Assembly: GCA_964016885.1 (NCBI GenBank)
Contig: OZ024766.1
Coordinates: 372,001 to 436,000, forward strand
Direction: 5' to 3'
DNA length: 64,000 nt
Origin: Eledone cirrhosa
Taxonomy: Eukaryota
This document shows, piece by piece, positions 1-11,829 of this stretch; position 1 is the first letter of the stretch, and each line of letters opens with the position of its first letter. The position numbers and the translations under genes were made by a program. Below the pieces are notes generated by a model that saw only the letters and a list, made by a program, of their open reading frames with translations, had not been told where the DNA came from and made no database searches.

Positions 1-826
1 ATTACATATGGTGTTAATAACAGAGATTTAGATGGGTGTTAGATGTATTAAAACTACTTACAAGATGATATCATTACATATGGTGTTAATAACAGAGATT
101 TAGATGGGTGTTAGATGTATTAAAACTACTTACAAGATGATATCATTACATATGGTGTTAATAACAGAGATTTAGATGGGTGTTAGATGTATTAAAACTA
201 CTAACAAGGTGATATAATTCCATATGGTGTTAATAACAGAGATTTAGTTGGGTGTTAGATGTATTAAAACTACTTACAAGATGATATCATTACATGTGGT
301 GTTAATAACAGAGATTTAGATGGGTGTTAAATGTATTAAAGTTACTTACAAGATGATATCATTACATGTGGTGTTAATAACAGAGATTTAGTTGGGTGTT
401 AGATGTATTAAAACTACTTACAAGATGATATCATTACATATGGTGTTAATAACAGAGATTTAGATGGGTGTTAGATGTATTAAAACTACTTACAAGGTGA
501 TATAATTCCATATGGTGTTAATAACAGAGATTTAGTTGGGTGTTAGATGTATTAAAACTACTTACAAGATGATATAATTACATATGGTGTTAATAACAGA
601 GATTTAGATGGGTGTTAGATGTATTAAAACTACTTACAAGGTGATATAATTCCATATGGTGTTAATAACAGAGATTTAGTTGGGTGTTAGATGTATTAAA
701 ACTACTTACAAGATGATATCATTACATATGGTGTTAATAACAGAGATTTAGTTGGGTGTTAGATGTATTAAAACTACTAACAAGATGATATTACATATGG
801 TGTTAATAACAGAGATTTAGATGGGA
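1..826. repeat. 72-bp minisatellite (cluster-specific), ~11.5 copies, runs off the window start
   Basis: Unit ATTACATATGGTGTTAATAACAGAGATTTAGATGGGTGTTAGATGTATTAAAACTACTTACAAGATGATATC recurs at 1, 73, 145 and onward. Confidence 0.97.
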
Positions 827-1147
827 AAATAACAAAATGTCCAAATCACACATTGACAAATTCCTTAATTATAACTTTATTATTAACAACACAGGCTATG
901 ACACTTAGGACATAAATAGAATGTATATAATAAATTGTGAAATACTTAATGATTTACAAAATAATGAAAATTATTGTGTACAGTGTTCAGGTGTACTACA
1001 ATTCATCAAATGTGCATGTGTAATACATAGAATAATGTACAAAAGTCAGGAAAGTGAACAGTGTATGAGTGATGATATACACACAGATACACGTGTATAT
1101 GTATGGAGGAGGAATATCAGGTGTAGTGTTGGTCAATTTCAGTAAGT

Positions 1148-1316
1148 ATGGAGGTTTTAAAGGATGCAGTGTCTCGACAGCCAACAACTGATGCTGGTAG
1201 TTTGTTCCATGGAGGTTTTAAAGGATGCAGTGTCTCGACAGCCAACAACTGATGCTGGTAGTTTGTTCCATGGAGGTTTTAAAGGAAGCAGTGTCTCGAC
1301 AGCCAACAACTGATGC
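1148..1316. repeat. 61-bp tandem repeat, ~2.8 copies
   Basis: ATGGAGGTTTTAAAGGATGCAGTGTCTCGACAGCCAACAACTGATGC... starts at 1148, 1209 and 1270; abuts the broken 3' end of G0. Confidence 0.9.
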
Positions 1317-2335
1317 AAGTCATAAAAGACTTCCCACATATTTCACAATGATAGGGTTTCTCTCCTGTGTGTGTTTGTCTATGTCTATTTAAGTCAGAGC
1401 TGCAGACAAAAGATTTGCCACATATTTCGCAGTGAAAATGTTTCTCTCCAGTGTGTCTTTGTTTATATCTCTTTATGTCAGTGTTGTAGGCAAAAGATTT
1501 CCCACATATTTCACAGTGATAGGGTTTTTCTCCAGTGTGTGTTCTTTTATGAACAGTTAAGCTACTGTTTGTCACAAAAGATTTCCCACATATTTTAGTG
1601 ATAGGGTTTTTCTCCAGTGTGTATAACCATGTGCTTAACCAGATTGCCCTTCTCGGTAAATGAATTCCCACATATTTCACAATGGAATGATTTTTTTTTC
1701 CCTGTGTGAGTAAGTATATGATTACTAAGGTTCGAACTCACAGTAAAAGACTTCCCACATATTTCACAATGAAAGGGTTTCTCACCAGTGTGTGTTCTTT
1801 TGTGTACAGTTAAATTACTGTTTTGAACAAAACATTTCCCACATATTTCACAATGATAGGGTTTTTCTCCAGTGTGTCTTCTTTTGTGTGCATTCAAAAT
1901 ACCGCTTGTGGAAAAAGATTTCCCACATATTTCACAGTGAAAGGGTTTTTCTCCAGTGTGTGTTCTTTTGTGATTAGTTAGCATACCATTTTGAACAAAA
2001 CATTTCCCACATATTTCACAGTGAAAGGGTTTTTCTCCAGTGTGTGTTCTTTTGTGATTAGTTAAGGTACTGTTTTCAACAAAAGATTTCCCACATATTT
2101 CACAGTGAAAGGGTTTCTCTCCAGTGTGTGTTCTTTTATGGATATTCAAATAATTATTTCTCAGAAAAGATTTCCCACATATTTCACAATGGAATGGCTT
2201 TTCTCCACTGTGTGTTCTTTTGTGAGCAGTTAACATACTGCTTTCAACAAAAGATTTCCCACAAATTTCTTTCCAATGTGTGTTCTTTTATGGACATTCA
2301 AATAATTGTTTCTCAGAAAAGACTTCCCACATGTT
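1313..2335 (-). pseudogene. G0: truncated C2H2 ZNF pseudogene, paralogue of G2
   Basis: About 11 TGEKP-linked fingers including AYNTDI, VCSSDL and GKKKSF, shared only with G2. No MEDVK leader; 2-bp deletion/stop at ~1595; 3' end replaced by the 61-bp repeat. Confidence 0.88.
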
Positions 2336-2555
2336 ATACAGTGGGAAGTCTTTTGTTTACAAACAAACCGAGCATTATAATAAATGTTCGGTAAACCCAT
2401 ACATACATACATATATATATGTGTGCATGTATGTATATATATACATACTACTGTACGTCTGTATACATATATGTATGTACGTATACAGTGTATGTACGTA
2501 TACATTTAAGTATCAGCCGTACTAAGAGTGAGAAATCAAATTTCATTTTTTCCAG

Positions 2556-2585
<30 letters not shown>

Positions 2586-2588
<3 letters not shown>

Positions 2589-2786
2589 GAAGGAAATGTG
2601 GTAAGGAACCAGGTGGACCATAACGCACCAAAGTACTCAATACTTAGGGTAGTAGAGTGGGTAATAGGAACGAGTAGGACCCCGACGGCTGAGCTCAAGC
2701 CGTTTCGACGGCTAATTCCGGACTAAATTTAGTCCAGAATTAGCCGTCGAAACGGCTTGAGCTCAGTCGTAGGGGTCCTACTCGTT

Positions 2787-2791
<5 letters not shown>
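2586..2791. mobile_element. Penelope-like remnant ending in a 128-bp palindrome, embedded in (TA)n
   Basis: GC-richer island between two (TA)n runs; palindrome 2664-2791; GTACTCAATAC motif shared with 62857. Family assignment is inference. Confidence 0.5.
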
Positions 2792-2820
<29 letters not shown>

Positions 2821-2822
<2 letters not shown>

Positions 2823-3138
2823 CAAAAATACAAAGTCGTTATTGCTTATGTATCTGTATGAATATATGTGTGTGTGTAGTAGAGATATATAATTGGGCAA
2901 AATTGTATTTCTATGTGTTTGTGTCTTAATAAATGAGGATTGTTCACCACGGAGTGTAGAAAAGTACACAATATCTGCTGTGTTAACAATACAAATAATA
3001 CGTACTTTATATTTCAAGTCCAAATGTAAAGTCAAGAAAGACCAGGAAAGCTAATTGTTCAGATGTTGGTGATTTAAACCTATTTCTCACTGTCCTGTAA
3101 AATGTGGAACAACCAATTAACGATGTAGCGTAGTTTCT
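2821..3138 (-). repeat. Partial conserved ZNF upstream block (G2 type)
   Basis: Reverse complement matches ~13125-13436, including the G2-specific extension. Confidence 0.85.
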
Positions 3139-3540
3139 ATCTCGCCGCTGTCCCCACTTGTATTAAAGACGAATTTATCAATTACTATTAAAATTAATTT
3201 ATTTAGATACAACATAAATTTAGAGTAGATACAGAAGGAAGATTATAAAAGAGAAAAGAAAATACTAACCGGAGAAAATAACGGAGTCAAGAAATTAGTT
3301 AATTTATAGTCTAGATTTTTTTTTAAAGAGAATAAAAAAACCATTTAAAAATCAAATATAAAGGAATAATACCTATCTTATTATTTTATTGTTTTTTTTT
3401 TTTTTATATATATAAAGTTTAATTAAACATTTTAAATGTATTCGAGAATACTACAGAGATTTAATATAATCTACTTTAAATAACATTGCTGAATTGCTAA
3501 TTTTCTAACATAGTTATCTCCCTTCTTCTAAAATAAATAA

Positions 3541-4000
3541 TTTATTACGTAGTATTAAAGCATACTTAAATGTATTACGTAATATTTCAAACATACTTAA
3601 ATGTATTACGTAATATTTTAAACATACTTAAATGTATTACGTAATATTTTAAACATACTTAAATGTATTACGTAATATTTTAAACATACTTAAATGTATT
3701 ACGTAATATTTTAAACATACTTAAATGTATTACGTAATATTTTAAACATACTTAAATGTAGTACGTAATATTTTAAAATACTTAAATGTATTACGTAATA
3801 TTTTAAACATACTTAAATGTATTACGTAATATTAAAAACATACTTAAATGTATTACGTAACATCAAAAACATACTTAAATTTTTACTTAATATTAAAAGC
3901 ATGTTTAAATTTATTACGTAATATTAAAAGCACGCTTAAATTTATTACGTAATATTAAAGCATACTTAATTTTATTACGTAATATTAAAGCATACTTAAT
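3541..4000. repeat. 31-bp AT-rich minisatellite, ~14 copies, with internal palindrome TATTACGTAATA
   Basis: ACATACTTAAATGTATTACGTAATATTTTAA at 3591, 3622 and onward. Confidence 0.93.
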
Positions 4001-4115
4001 TATATATTTAAAAAGAAAATTAAAATATACAAAGAACCATATCAACTATTAATTTTTTTTTGTTTTTGTTTAGTTGTGTCTAGAATATTTTATTCACAGT
4101 TGTATAAAAAGAAAT

Positions 4116-4203
4116 ATAATTGTTTCTACTTTTGGCACAAGGCCAGCAATTACTGGTACTTTATTTTATCGACCCCGTAAGGATGAAAGGCAAAGTCAAC
4201 CTT
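4116..4203 (-). mobile_element. Octopus-type SINE fragment
   Basis: Reverse complement of core GTTGACTTTGCCTTTCATCCTTACGGGGTCGATAAAATAAAGTACCAG. Confidence 0.8.
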
Positions 4204-4624
4204 TGATATAATATATACTTTTGATTTAATACTTATCTATAATGATTATAAGTGAAATTAAGTGTAATTAAGACTGAATAACATCAATTTTTGTTTTGTA
4301 TTTTTCTGACCAATCTAATTATGCTATATTTTAAATAATTAATGAAACATTGAAACCAACTGTAATATAAAGTCGCGTAACCCCCATTATGTGGTGAGGT
4401 TTTTCTAGTTATATGCCTGGTGCTCTCCGATCTGTCCAGTTCTTTTGTCTACCAGCATGCCAGGAAAAAATTATACATTTTCTCTATATTTTGTCTAAGG
4501 AGAACATGTTTTGCTTTCTGTTATACATAAAACTTTATATCTTCGAAATATATATAATGAAATATATAGAGATGATATAAAGTATATTTATTTCATTTAT
4601 TACAATTATTATTATTATTATATT

Positions 4625-4745
4625 CCGAGTTCAAATCCCGCCGAGGTTAACTTTGCCCTTCATCCTTACGGGGTCGATAAAATAAAGTACCAGTAATGCA
4701 CTGGGTAATTGCTGGCCTTGTGCCAAAAGTAGAAACAATTATTAT
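4625..4745 (+). mobile_element. Octopus-type SINE fragment
   Basis: B-box-like GAGTTCAAATCCC followed by core AACTTTGCCCTTCATCCTTACGGGGTCGATAAAATAAAGTACCAG. Confidence 0.85.
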
Positions 4746-4837
4746 TATAATACTCTGTATAATTTTATATTGTTGAGTGCTTAGCATCTGTTATATATAT
4801 AAGAACGAGTTGATCACAAATCAACTAACTCTTTTTC

Positions 4838-5020
4838 CATCATCATCATCATCATCATCGTTTTACGTCAATTTTTCCACGCTAGCATGGGTTTGACGAG
4901 TTGTTCTGTCGTGGGCAATGTTAGGTTATGTGACCATGTTTTGCTTATATAGAACTGATTTTGGTTTCTACAGCTGACTGCCCTTCCTAACGCCTTCTTC
5001 ATTTATAGTGTGTACTGGGT
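4838..5020 (-). mobile_element. SINE/LINE 3' tail with (GAT)n terminus
   Basis: (CAT)n run, then similarity to the AGGAAGGGCATCCAGCTGTAGAAA family also seen at 44250 and 44825. Confidence 0.6.
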
Positions 5021-5219
5021 GCTTTCTGAAGGAAAAAAAACCTTTATAGTCAGCAGCTCACTGGACTTCTTCCATCCCGTTCTTACTCTGGCTACTGTAA
5101 TTTCAGAACACCCAACTCTGCTGCTAATTCGGTCACTTTGGTAGCAGAAGCTGTCTACTGTTTCTACTGCACCCACCCAGACTTTGATGGCACTTGTTTC
5201 CTGCTTACTGTTCCACTGC

Positions 5220-5690
5220 AACTGCTACATGTAAAGCCTATATTCTTAGCTAAACTTTCTGAGATCCCACTACATCTCTCGTGTACAAAAGTTTGTCCCA
5301 GAGAAAAAGGCCAACAGACACAAAAATCTTATTCTCAGAGATAGGAAAATCCTTATGAGACGAAGAACTAAGCTCTCAAACCAGTTGAATGCACAACAAA
5401 AAAACAAAAAACAAGAAGGAATCCTATTTGAAACGTGCACTACTTGACATCGAGATTGCACTCAAACTTTCCCATGAAAATGAGAGGGCAAAGAAAGAAA
5501 TCAGGGCCATAGAAAATATTAAAACAAACCCAAAGGCCTTCTTTCAATTTACAAAAGAAACTGCCTTGGTACACTGCAAGATTGGGCCACTCTTCCATAA
5601 AGACGGTTCAATTAACCGAGAATCCCCAAGAGATAAGTGAAATACTGAACAAACAGTACAAAAGTGTGTTCACATGTCCACTGAGGCAGA
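5220..5690 (+). mobile_element. Decayed CR1/Jockey-like LINE ORF2 fragment (between EN and RT)
   Basis: Translates to ...IENIKTNPKAFFQF...KIGPL...SEILNKQYKSVFT, a typical LINE ORF2 linker. Confidence 0.65.
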
Positions 5691-5919
5691 TGCAAATAAC
5701 AAAGCCAGGCTTTGTCTGTGAGTGTATGTGTCTGTGAGTGTGTGTGCGTGTGCGTATGTGTATTTGTTATGTATGTTAAGCTTTAGTAAGTTACATACAC
5801 ACACATCTTCACATAAATACTTAATCAGATACACAGAATTAAACACGATTTGGATGCTGGTTTGCATGCATGCGCACACATTTATATGCAATTATCTATA
5901 TCTACATATAATATAAAAT

Positions 5920-6439
5920 ATTGGAACTCCCATCCTTTTGAGAAACGTGGACCTGCTACTTTTATGTAATGGTACACACTTTACAACCAGAAGGATGAGG
6001 AAATATCTCCTAGGGGTCACTATTATTGGAAACAATCACCAAAGTGAAAGGGCATTTATTCCCAAGATTTCTCTTATCCTTTCCTCTACCGAGCTGCCGT
6101 TCAAATTCTCAAGACTTCAGTTCCATGTTAGGACCATACATAAAGATCAGGCTCAAAGTTGTACAACTGAATATAAGAGAATTGGTTTTTACCCATAGAG
6201 TTATAATGTAGGTTGTTCACAAGTGGAAACACCTAGAAATTTTCATATACTATGCACGAACAGTAAAATGAAGAATGTGGTGTATCTAGAAGATTTTTTT
6301 TACAGTTTATTTTTTCATTACACACTCCATTGTCTTGCCTCATACTGTAAACCAGACAATGCTTCAAATACAGTCATTTTCTCTTCTACCTGTCTTCTCT
6401 TATCAGGTTTGCCCAGGTGAAGCTATGTACGTGAGCTAG
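5920..6439 (+). mobile_element. Helitron 3' fragment (PIF1 helicase C-terminus plus CTAG terminus)
   Basis: LCNGT, IPKISL, LPFKFSRLQF, TIHKDQAQS and KNVVY motifs; ends GCCCAGGTGAAGCTATGTACGTGAG-CTAG followed by T. Confidence 0.8.
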
Positions 6440-6749
6440 TCAGCAATAATAATGTCGGCCCCCAGCTCACCTGAGAGATGGGTACCACCACTTCAGTACT
6501 GACTTGGTCTGTCAGATGTTCCAAACTTACCAGCAGAGAAAAGACATTTAATGATGATGAACAGGAAATGTTGAGATTGCCAAAAATACTCACAAGTTTC
6601 TTAAATTAAAAATGAAATTAAGAAGACAAGGATAAGAAGTAAAGATTTTAATCCAAAATAAAAATATAATCTAAAAAAATGGCAAGCAATATTTGGAGTC
6701 TGTAGAACTGCTAAGGATTCAATTTTGCTGTTTATGGACAACAAGTTTA

Positions 6750-8075
6750 TCAGGTTTCACAGTCAACAGTATGTGTACGTTTGTGTTTCTTTAAGTTACT
6801 GCCACAGACAAAAGATTTCCCACATATTTCACAATGATAGGGTTTTTCTCCGGTGTGTATCCTTTTGTGAGTTGATAAACTGCTGCTAGTGACAAAAGAT
6901 TTCCCACATACTTCACATTGGTAGGGTCTTTCTCCTGTGTGTGTTCTTTTATGTAGGGTCAATTTATAGCCTCTGATAAAACATTTCCCACAAACTTCGC
7001 AAGAAAAGGGTTTTTCTCCAGTGTGACTTCGTCTGTGAGTCAGTAAGCTTGAGTTAGAAGAGAATGACTTCCCACATATCTCACAATGGAAGGGTTTTTC
7101 TCCAGTGTGAGTTCGTATATGTTTAGATAAACTACTGTTACAGATAAAAGATTTTTCACATATCTCGCATTGGAATGGTTTTTCTCCAGTGTGTGTTCTT
7201 TTGTGTACAGTTAATTTATTATTTCCAACAAAAGATTTACCACATATCTCGCATTGGAAGGGTTTTTCTCCAGTGTGAGTACGTTTATGTACAAGAAGAC
7301 AAAAATTCTGAGAGAAAGATTTCCCACATATTTCACAGTGGAAAGGTTTTTCTCCAGTGTGAACACGTATATGGCTAACAAGATTAAAATTCGAATTGAA
7401 AGATTTCCCACATCTTTCACAATGAAAAGGTTTATCTCCAGTGTGTATTCTTTTATGTTTTGTTAAAGCACTACTGTCGATAAACGATTTTTGACATATT
7501 TCACATGGATATGGCTTTTCTCCAGTGTGTGTTCTTTTATGCTTTTTTAAATCACCCCTAAGAGCAAAATATTTCCCACATACATCACAAGGATAAGGTT
7601 TTTCCCCAGTGTGTGTTCTTGTGTGTTTAGTTAAATCGCAGTTTTTCACAAAACATTTGCCACATATCTCACAGCGGAACGGTTTTTCTCCAGTGTGAGT
7701 ACGTATGTGGATGACAAGAAGATATTTACAAGTGAAAGATTTCTCACATATTTCACAATGAAACGGTTTCTCTCCAGTGTGACTACGTATGTGGATGACA
7801 AGATGATGATTATAAGCAAAAGATTTCCCACATGTTTCACAGTGGAAGGGTTTGTTTTTAATATGTTTGCGTTTGTGTGTGGATAATTCATTTTCTGATG
7901 AAAAAGTTTTCTTACAAACCCCACAACTATATTCAGGAATATTTCCGTGTAATGATCCTTGTTCAGTACATGTTTCACTAGGTAAAGGTTTCTCACCACT
8001 GTATTTTTGCGTAACTGTATCTATATCGGTAGAAACAGGTGTGTTAAAAATGTCCAAGGGTTTAACGTCCTCCAT
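6750..8075 (-). CDS. G1: C2H2 zinc-finger protein, 14 fingers, 441 aa
   Basis: Intact ORF; MEDVKPLDIF leader; CxxC-x12-HxxxH repeats with TGEKP linkers. Confidence 0.95.
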   Translation of the reverse strand: MEDVKPLDIFNTPVSTDIDTVTQKYSGEKPLPSETCTEQGSLHGNIPEYSCGVCKKTFSSENELSTHKRKHIKNKPFHCETCGKSFAYNHHLVIHIRSHTGEKPFHCEICEKSFTCKYLLVIHIRTHTGEKPFRCEICGKCFVKNCDLTKHTRTHTGEKPYPCDVCGKYFALRGDLKKHKRTHTGEKPYPCEICQKSFIDSSALTKHKRIHTGDKPFHCERCGKSFNSNFNLVSHIRVHTGEKPFHCEICGKSFSQNFCLLVHKRTHTGEKPFQCEICGKSFVGNNKLTVHKRTHTGEKPFQCEICEKSFICNSSLSKHIRTHTGEKPFHCEICGKSFSSNSSLLTHRRSHTGEKPFSCEVCGKCFIRGYKLTLHKRTHTGERPYQCEVCGKSFVTSSSLSTHKRIHTGEKPYHCEICGKSFVCGSNLKKHKRTHTVDCET

Positions 8076-8905
8076 AGTAATTCTTGAAGATTTCTTAACA
8101 GTTGAGAAATATCTGTGATTATAATATATTACAGTTCAGTTTCTTGTCTTAGATATCATAGGACTATGTTTACATGTGGAAAATATACAACGTAGATATA
8201 CTTTCTATATACCACTAGAATTCTTGTAGCAAAGTGAGTCCTCTCCAAGTGGTATATATGTAGTGTCAGGATTGTTTACCACTGAGTGTAGAAAAGTACA
8301 CAATATCTGCTGTGTTAACAATACACATAATACGTACTTTATATTTCAAGTCCAAATGTAAAGTCAAGAAAGACCAGGAAAGCTAATTGTTCAGATGTTG
8401 GTGATTTAAACCTATTTCTCACTGTCCTGTAAAATGTGGAACAACCAATTCACGATGTAGCGTAGTTTCTCATGAAATGAAATATTTAATCATGTAGGTG
8501 ATGGAACACCTACCCTGGAACATGTAGCTCACTCTATGTTATCTACAGAATATTAACTTTCACCTTAACATGAGATAATTACTACACAAGATAGAATTAG
8601 ATTAATTAAAGTTACAATTAAGATGGCAGGTACGTGGTGTCGTTGACAATGTTTCGCTCTCCTGAATAACACCGGTGTCATTCGTTAAAAGTCCCTGACA
8701 TAATTTAATACATTCAGAAACACTTTCAAGTGTTTCTGAATGTATTAAAAGTATCCAACCCCTGGTAAAACAACGAACATCACCCAGTAAAATAATTATT
8801 ACGTATCAACGATCTAGTCTGCTACCTTTTTGCTTGATTTGGTAGATATAACAGCTAAATCACATTCTATTGTCTTAAAATAGCGGAAGAACGTATTCGG
8901 CAGAG
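8076..8905 (-). promoter_or_regulatory. Conserved upstream block of G1 (putative 5'-UTR exons/introns)
   Basis: Homologous to the upstream blocks of the other paralogues; ends at (TA)n at ~8940. Confidence 0.7.
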
Positions 8906-8935
8906 AGAGTGTGTGCGTATATGTGTAAGCGTGTG

Positions 8936-9000
<65 letters not shown>

Positions 9001-9049
9001 GATCAACGCGCGTCACCAATTAATAAACGTAATGTAGGCTTAACAAATC

Positions 9050-10655
9050 GCCCTGGGACGCGGGTGGGTCCTTGATCAATTTAGATCAGTCGAAAGCTTT
9101 CGATAGGATCGACCATCGTTATTTGGCGGCACTCCCTAGGGCGGCTGGCTTTTGGCCCGTCTTCAGAGGCTGGATTGCTGCCATGCACAGCGACATCTGC
9201 TTTGTGGTGAGAGTGAACGGTCACCTCTCGGAACCGTTCAACATCATGCGCTCGGTCCACCAACGATGTCCCCTCTCGTGCCTGTTGTACGTATTGACTG
9301 TCGAGCCATTACTGCACAAACTGCATATGCAGACGACGTCACCGTAGTGGTGTCGAACGCCAAACACATCGAGGCGATCAGCACCACACTAAGAGAATAT
9401 GAGGTGGTGACAGGAGCAATGATCAACCAGGAAAAGTCGGTGGGCCTGCAACCAGTAGGTCTATGCTGTCCAACAGCGTCGTCGGGCGCTGCACGGACAG
9501 ACCGGTTAAATTGCTAGGGGGTCTGGTTCGGTCCGGATCTCCAGATGGACAAAAACTGGGACGAGGTGACGAGCAGGGTGGCCTCTCTCACCCAGAAATG
9601 GGCTGAGAGGAAGCTATCCCTGAAAGGTCGAGCGGAGGTGGCGAACGCGTACATCGCGTCCGTCATCTACTACTGCCTGACCGTCGTGACTTGTCCTAAT
9701 CCCCGCCTGACTGCGCTGGAGCGTTTGCCCTTTCGCTTTTTGTGGAAGGGACGTGCTCTGATGGTCAGGCAGTCCATCTGCTGTCAACATCTGCTACGCG
9801 GAGTGCTGGGCATGCCGTGGCTGATGATGCGCAGACACGCACTCAGGCTACGACATCTCCACCTCTTCCTCGATGGTGATCAAGTGTGGTCGCCGTTTGC
9901 TAGACGCGTGTTTCCACAGCTCGTCTCCTTGATGGAGCTGCAGTCCTGGGTCAAGCGAAGACTGAGAGGGAGCGCTTGGAGACTGGAATGTCTTCAGGTG
10001 CTTACAGCCCTCGACCAGTCGGACAATGCGATCGGTGGAAACTGCACCTTGGCGTTCTATAGAGGATTAGTGGCGGGGAAGAGCGGCGACATCCTTGGGG
10101 AGACTCTGGGCGTCGACGAAAATCAACTAGCCAATCTCTTTGGGAGAACTTTCGGGCCGGGGCCTATGGACAACTTCCAGAAATCCCTAGCCTGGCAGTG
10201 CTACCGAGGAGCTTTGCCAGTTCGGGATAAACTCTACAGGCAAGGAAGTGGCGTCAGCCGGGCCTGTCCAAGATGCATGCAGGGCGACGAAACCGTCCTG
10301 CACGCACTCGTCCAGTGTCCGAGTATTGCTGACTTGTGGGTTTATGTTAAACACCTGCTGTCGCGTGTAGGACGGATCCGGTTATCAGCTGAGTCCATCG
10401 TGAGGATTTCCCCGCTGTCTTCCTTTAGCCAGGAAGGGCAGGCAATTATCTGCCTGGTGGCCATGGTAAAATAGATCGTATGGTGGACATGTCTGAAAGG
10501 GTTGAAGACGGGTACTTTCTTCTTCGGTGACGCCCTCATTAACTTTTTCACGTTTCACCTGAAAAGGAAAATCAGGGCGGAGAGGGAAGTGGTGACTTCC
10601 AGCCAGTTTGTTGAGGGGTGGGCGAAAGAGCCAAGAATGGTCCCCGCCAAATAGA
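9050..10655 (+). mobile_element. Tx1/L1-clade non-LTR retrotransposon ORF2 fragment (RT plus C-terminal zinc knuckle), frameshifted
   Basis: LDQSKAFDRIDH, VHQRCPLS, AYADDVTV, LSLKGRAEV, LPVRDKL...CPRC...ETVLHALVQC; GC-rich island next to (TA)n. Confidence 0.92.
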
Positions 10656-10679
10656 ACGGATCTCCCCGAAATAAAAAAA

Positions 10680-10840
10680 GGATTATTGTGGGTAAAATAA
10701 TTATTGTGGGTAGTGATAGGTAAAAATGATTATTGTGGGTAAATGGTGGGTAAAATGATTATTGTGGGTAAAGTGGTGGGTAAAATGATTATTGTGGGTA
10801 AATGGTGGGTAAAATGATTATTGTGGGGAAAGTGGTGGGT
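10680..10840. repeat. ~29-30 bp tandem repeat followed by a purine-rich tract to ~11075
   Basis: GATTATTGTGGGTAAA(G)TGGTGGGTAAAAT, about 5 copies. Confidence 0.8.
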
Positions 10841-11229
10841 GAAATCAAGAAAGGGAGAAAGAGGATAGGAAGTGGAGTAAAGGGGGGGGGGCAGAAGTGG
10901 AAGAAGGGGGGGGGACATGTAGGGAAGGAAGGATGGAAAAGAGGAGGGAAGACAGCAGGTTAAAGAAATAGGGAAAGAGGGTTTAAAAAATGGGGAAAGG
11001 TAGAGAAGAGGGGCAAAGAGGGATATGAAGTGTGAAAGTGTGGGAAAGAGGCGGAAAAGGGTGTAATGAGGGAGAATCAACACCACGAGGTCAACCACAA
11101 GACAATGAGGTCACGTAAAGTGATATGTGTTTCTTTCACAAGAAATTTAAAGCAAAAGATACCAAGTAACCATGTAACTTCAAAAGCTCTTAATCATCGG
11201 CTCCGGGAGAAACTCTAGGATTAGCCACC

Positions 11230-11790
11230 AATAAACACCCTAGTGGTCGGCAAACATGATCAGATGTCCTGTATATCTACGATCAGATCTCCAGTCAGAT
11301 TCTAAGTCAGTGTCATCCCGGCCTCTGCAAACGACCTCCGTTATAGAGAAGGGAAGTCAGTGGCGGCTGCCAATGATTCTACAATCAAAGCTTACAGATA
11401 CCGTACGTCTCTCCCTCCACAGAGGCTTACAGTAATATACATGGACATTCACCGTCGCTGATGCCCATCAGCCTTCCCTCGGGCCCCATTGGAACAGACT
11501 TCCTTCGGGCTCACTCACTGCTGGTCGATAATCAGGGGAGACGACTCGTCAATAGCTGCGAGCAGGCCTCTGTTTCTTTGGCAACATCTACACGTGTGAC
11601 TTTTCATATATGAAACGTCTCTGAGACCAAGAACAAGTTCTCAGAATTCCTTTTGAATTACCCTAAACTCATTATCATGGCATCTCCCAATCCACAACTC
11701 ACCACAGAGTAAAGCATTACATTCCAACCACCAGTACACAACCGTATATGTCGTCTAAACCCAGACAAATTTGCTTTTGCTCTTCCTTGC
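11230..11790 (+). mobile_element. Decayed Ty3/Gypsy pol fragment (aspartic protease region)
   Basis: Broken frames give AANDSTIKAY, YTWTFTVADA, IGTDFLRAHSLLVD. Confidence 0.7.
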
Positions 11791-11829
11791 TGTGGAAAAT
11801 GTCGATCAACACACTTCTAAAGTTATCAC

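Noticed and set aside
1-826. CRISPR-like array (also the 31-, 61- and 65-bp repeats)
   Set aside because: Head-to-tail units with no unique spacers, no cas genes, and a eukaryotic context
10730-11098. 122-aa Pro/Leu-rich ORF, plus the YIYI/HTHT/CVCV ORFs elsewhere
   Set aside because: Translations of low-complexity and microsatellite DNA
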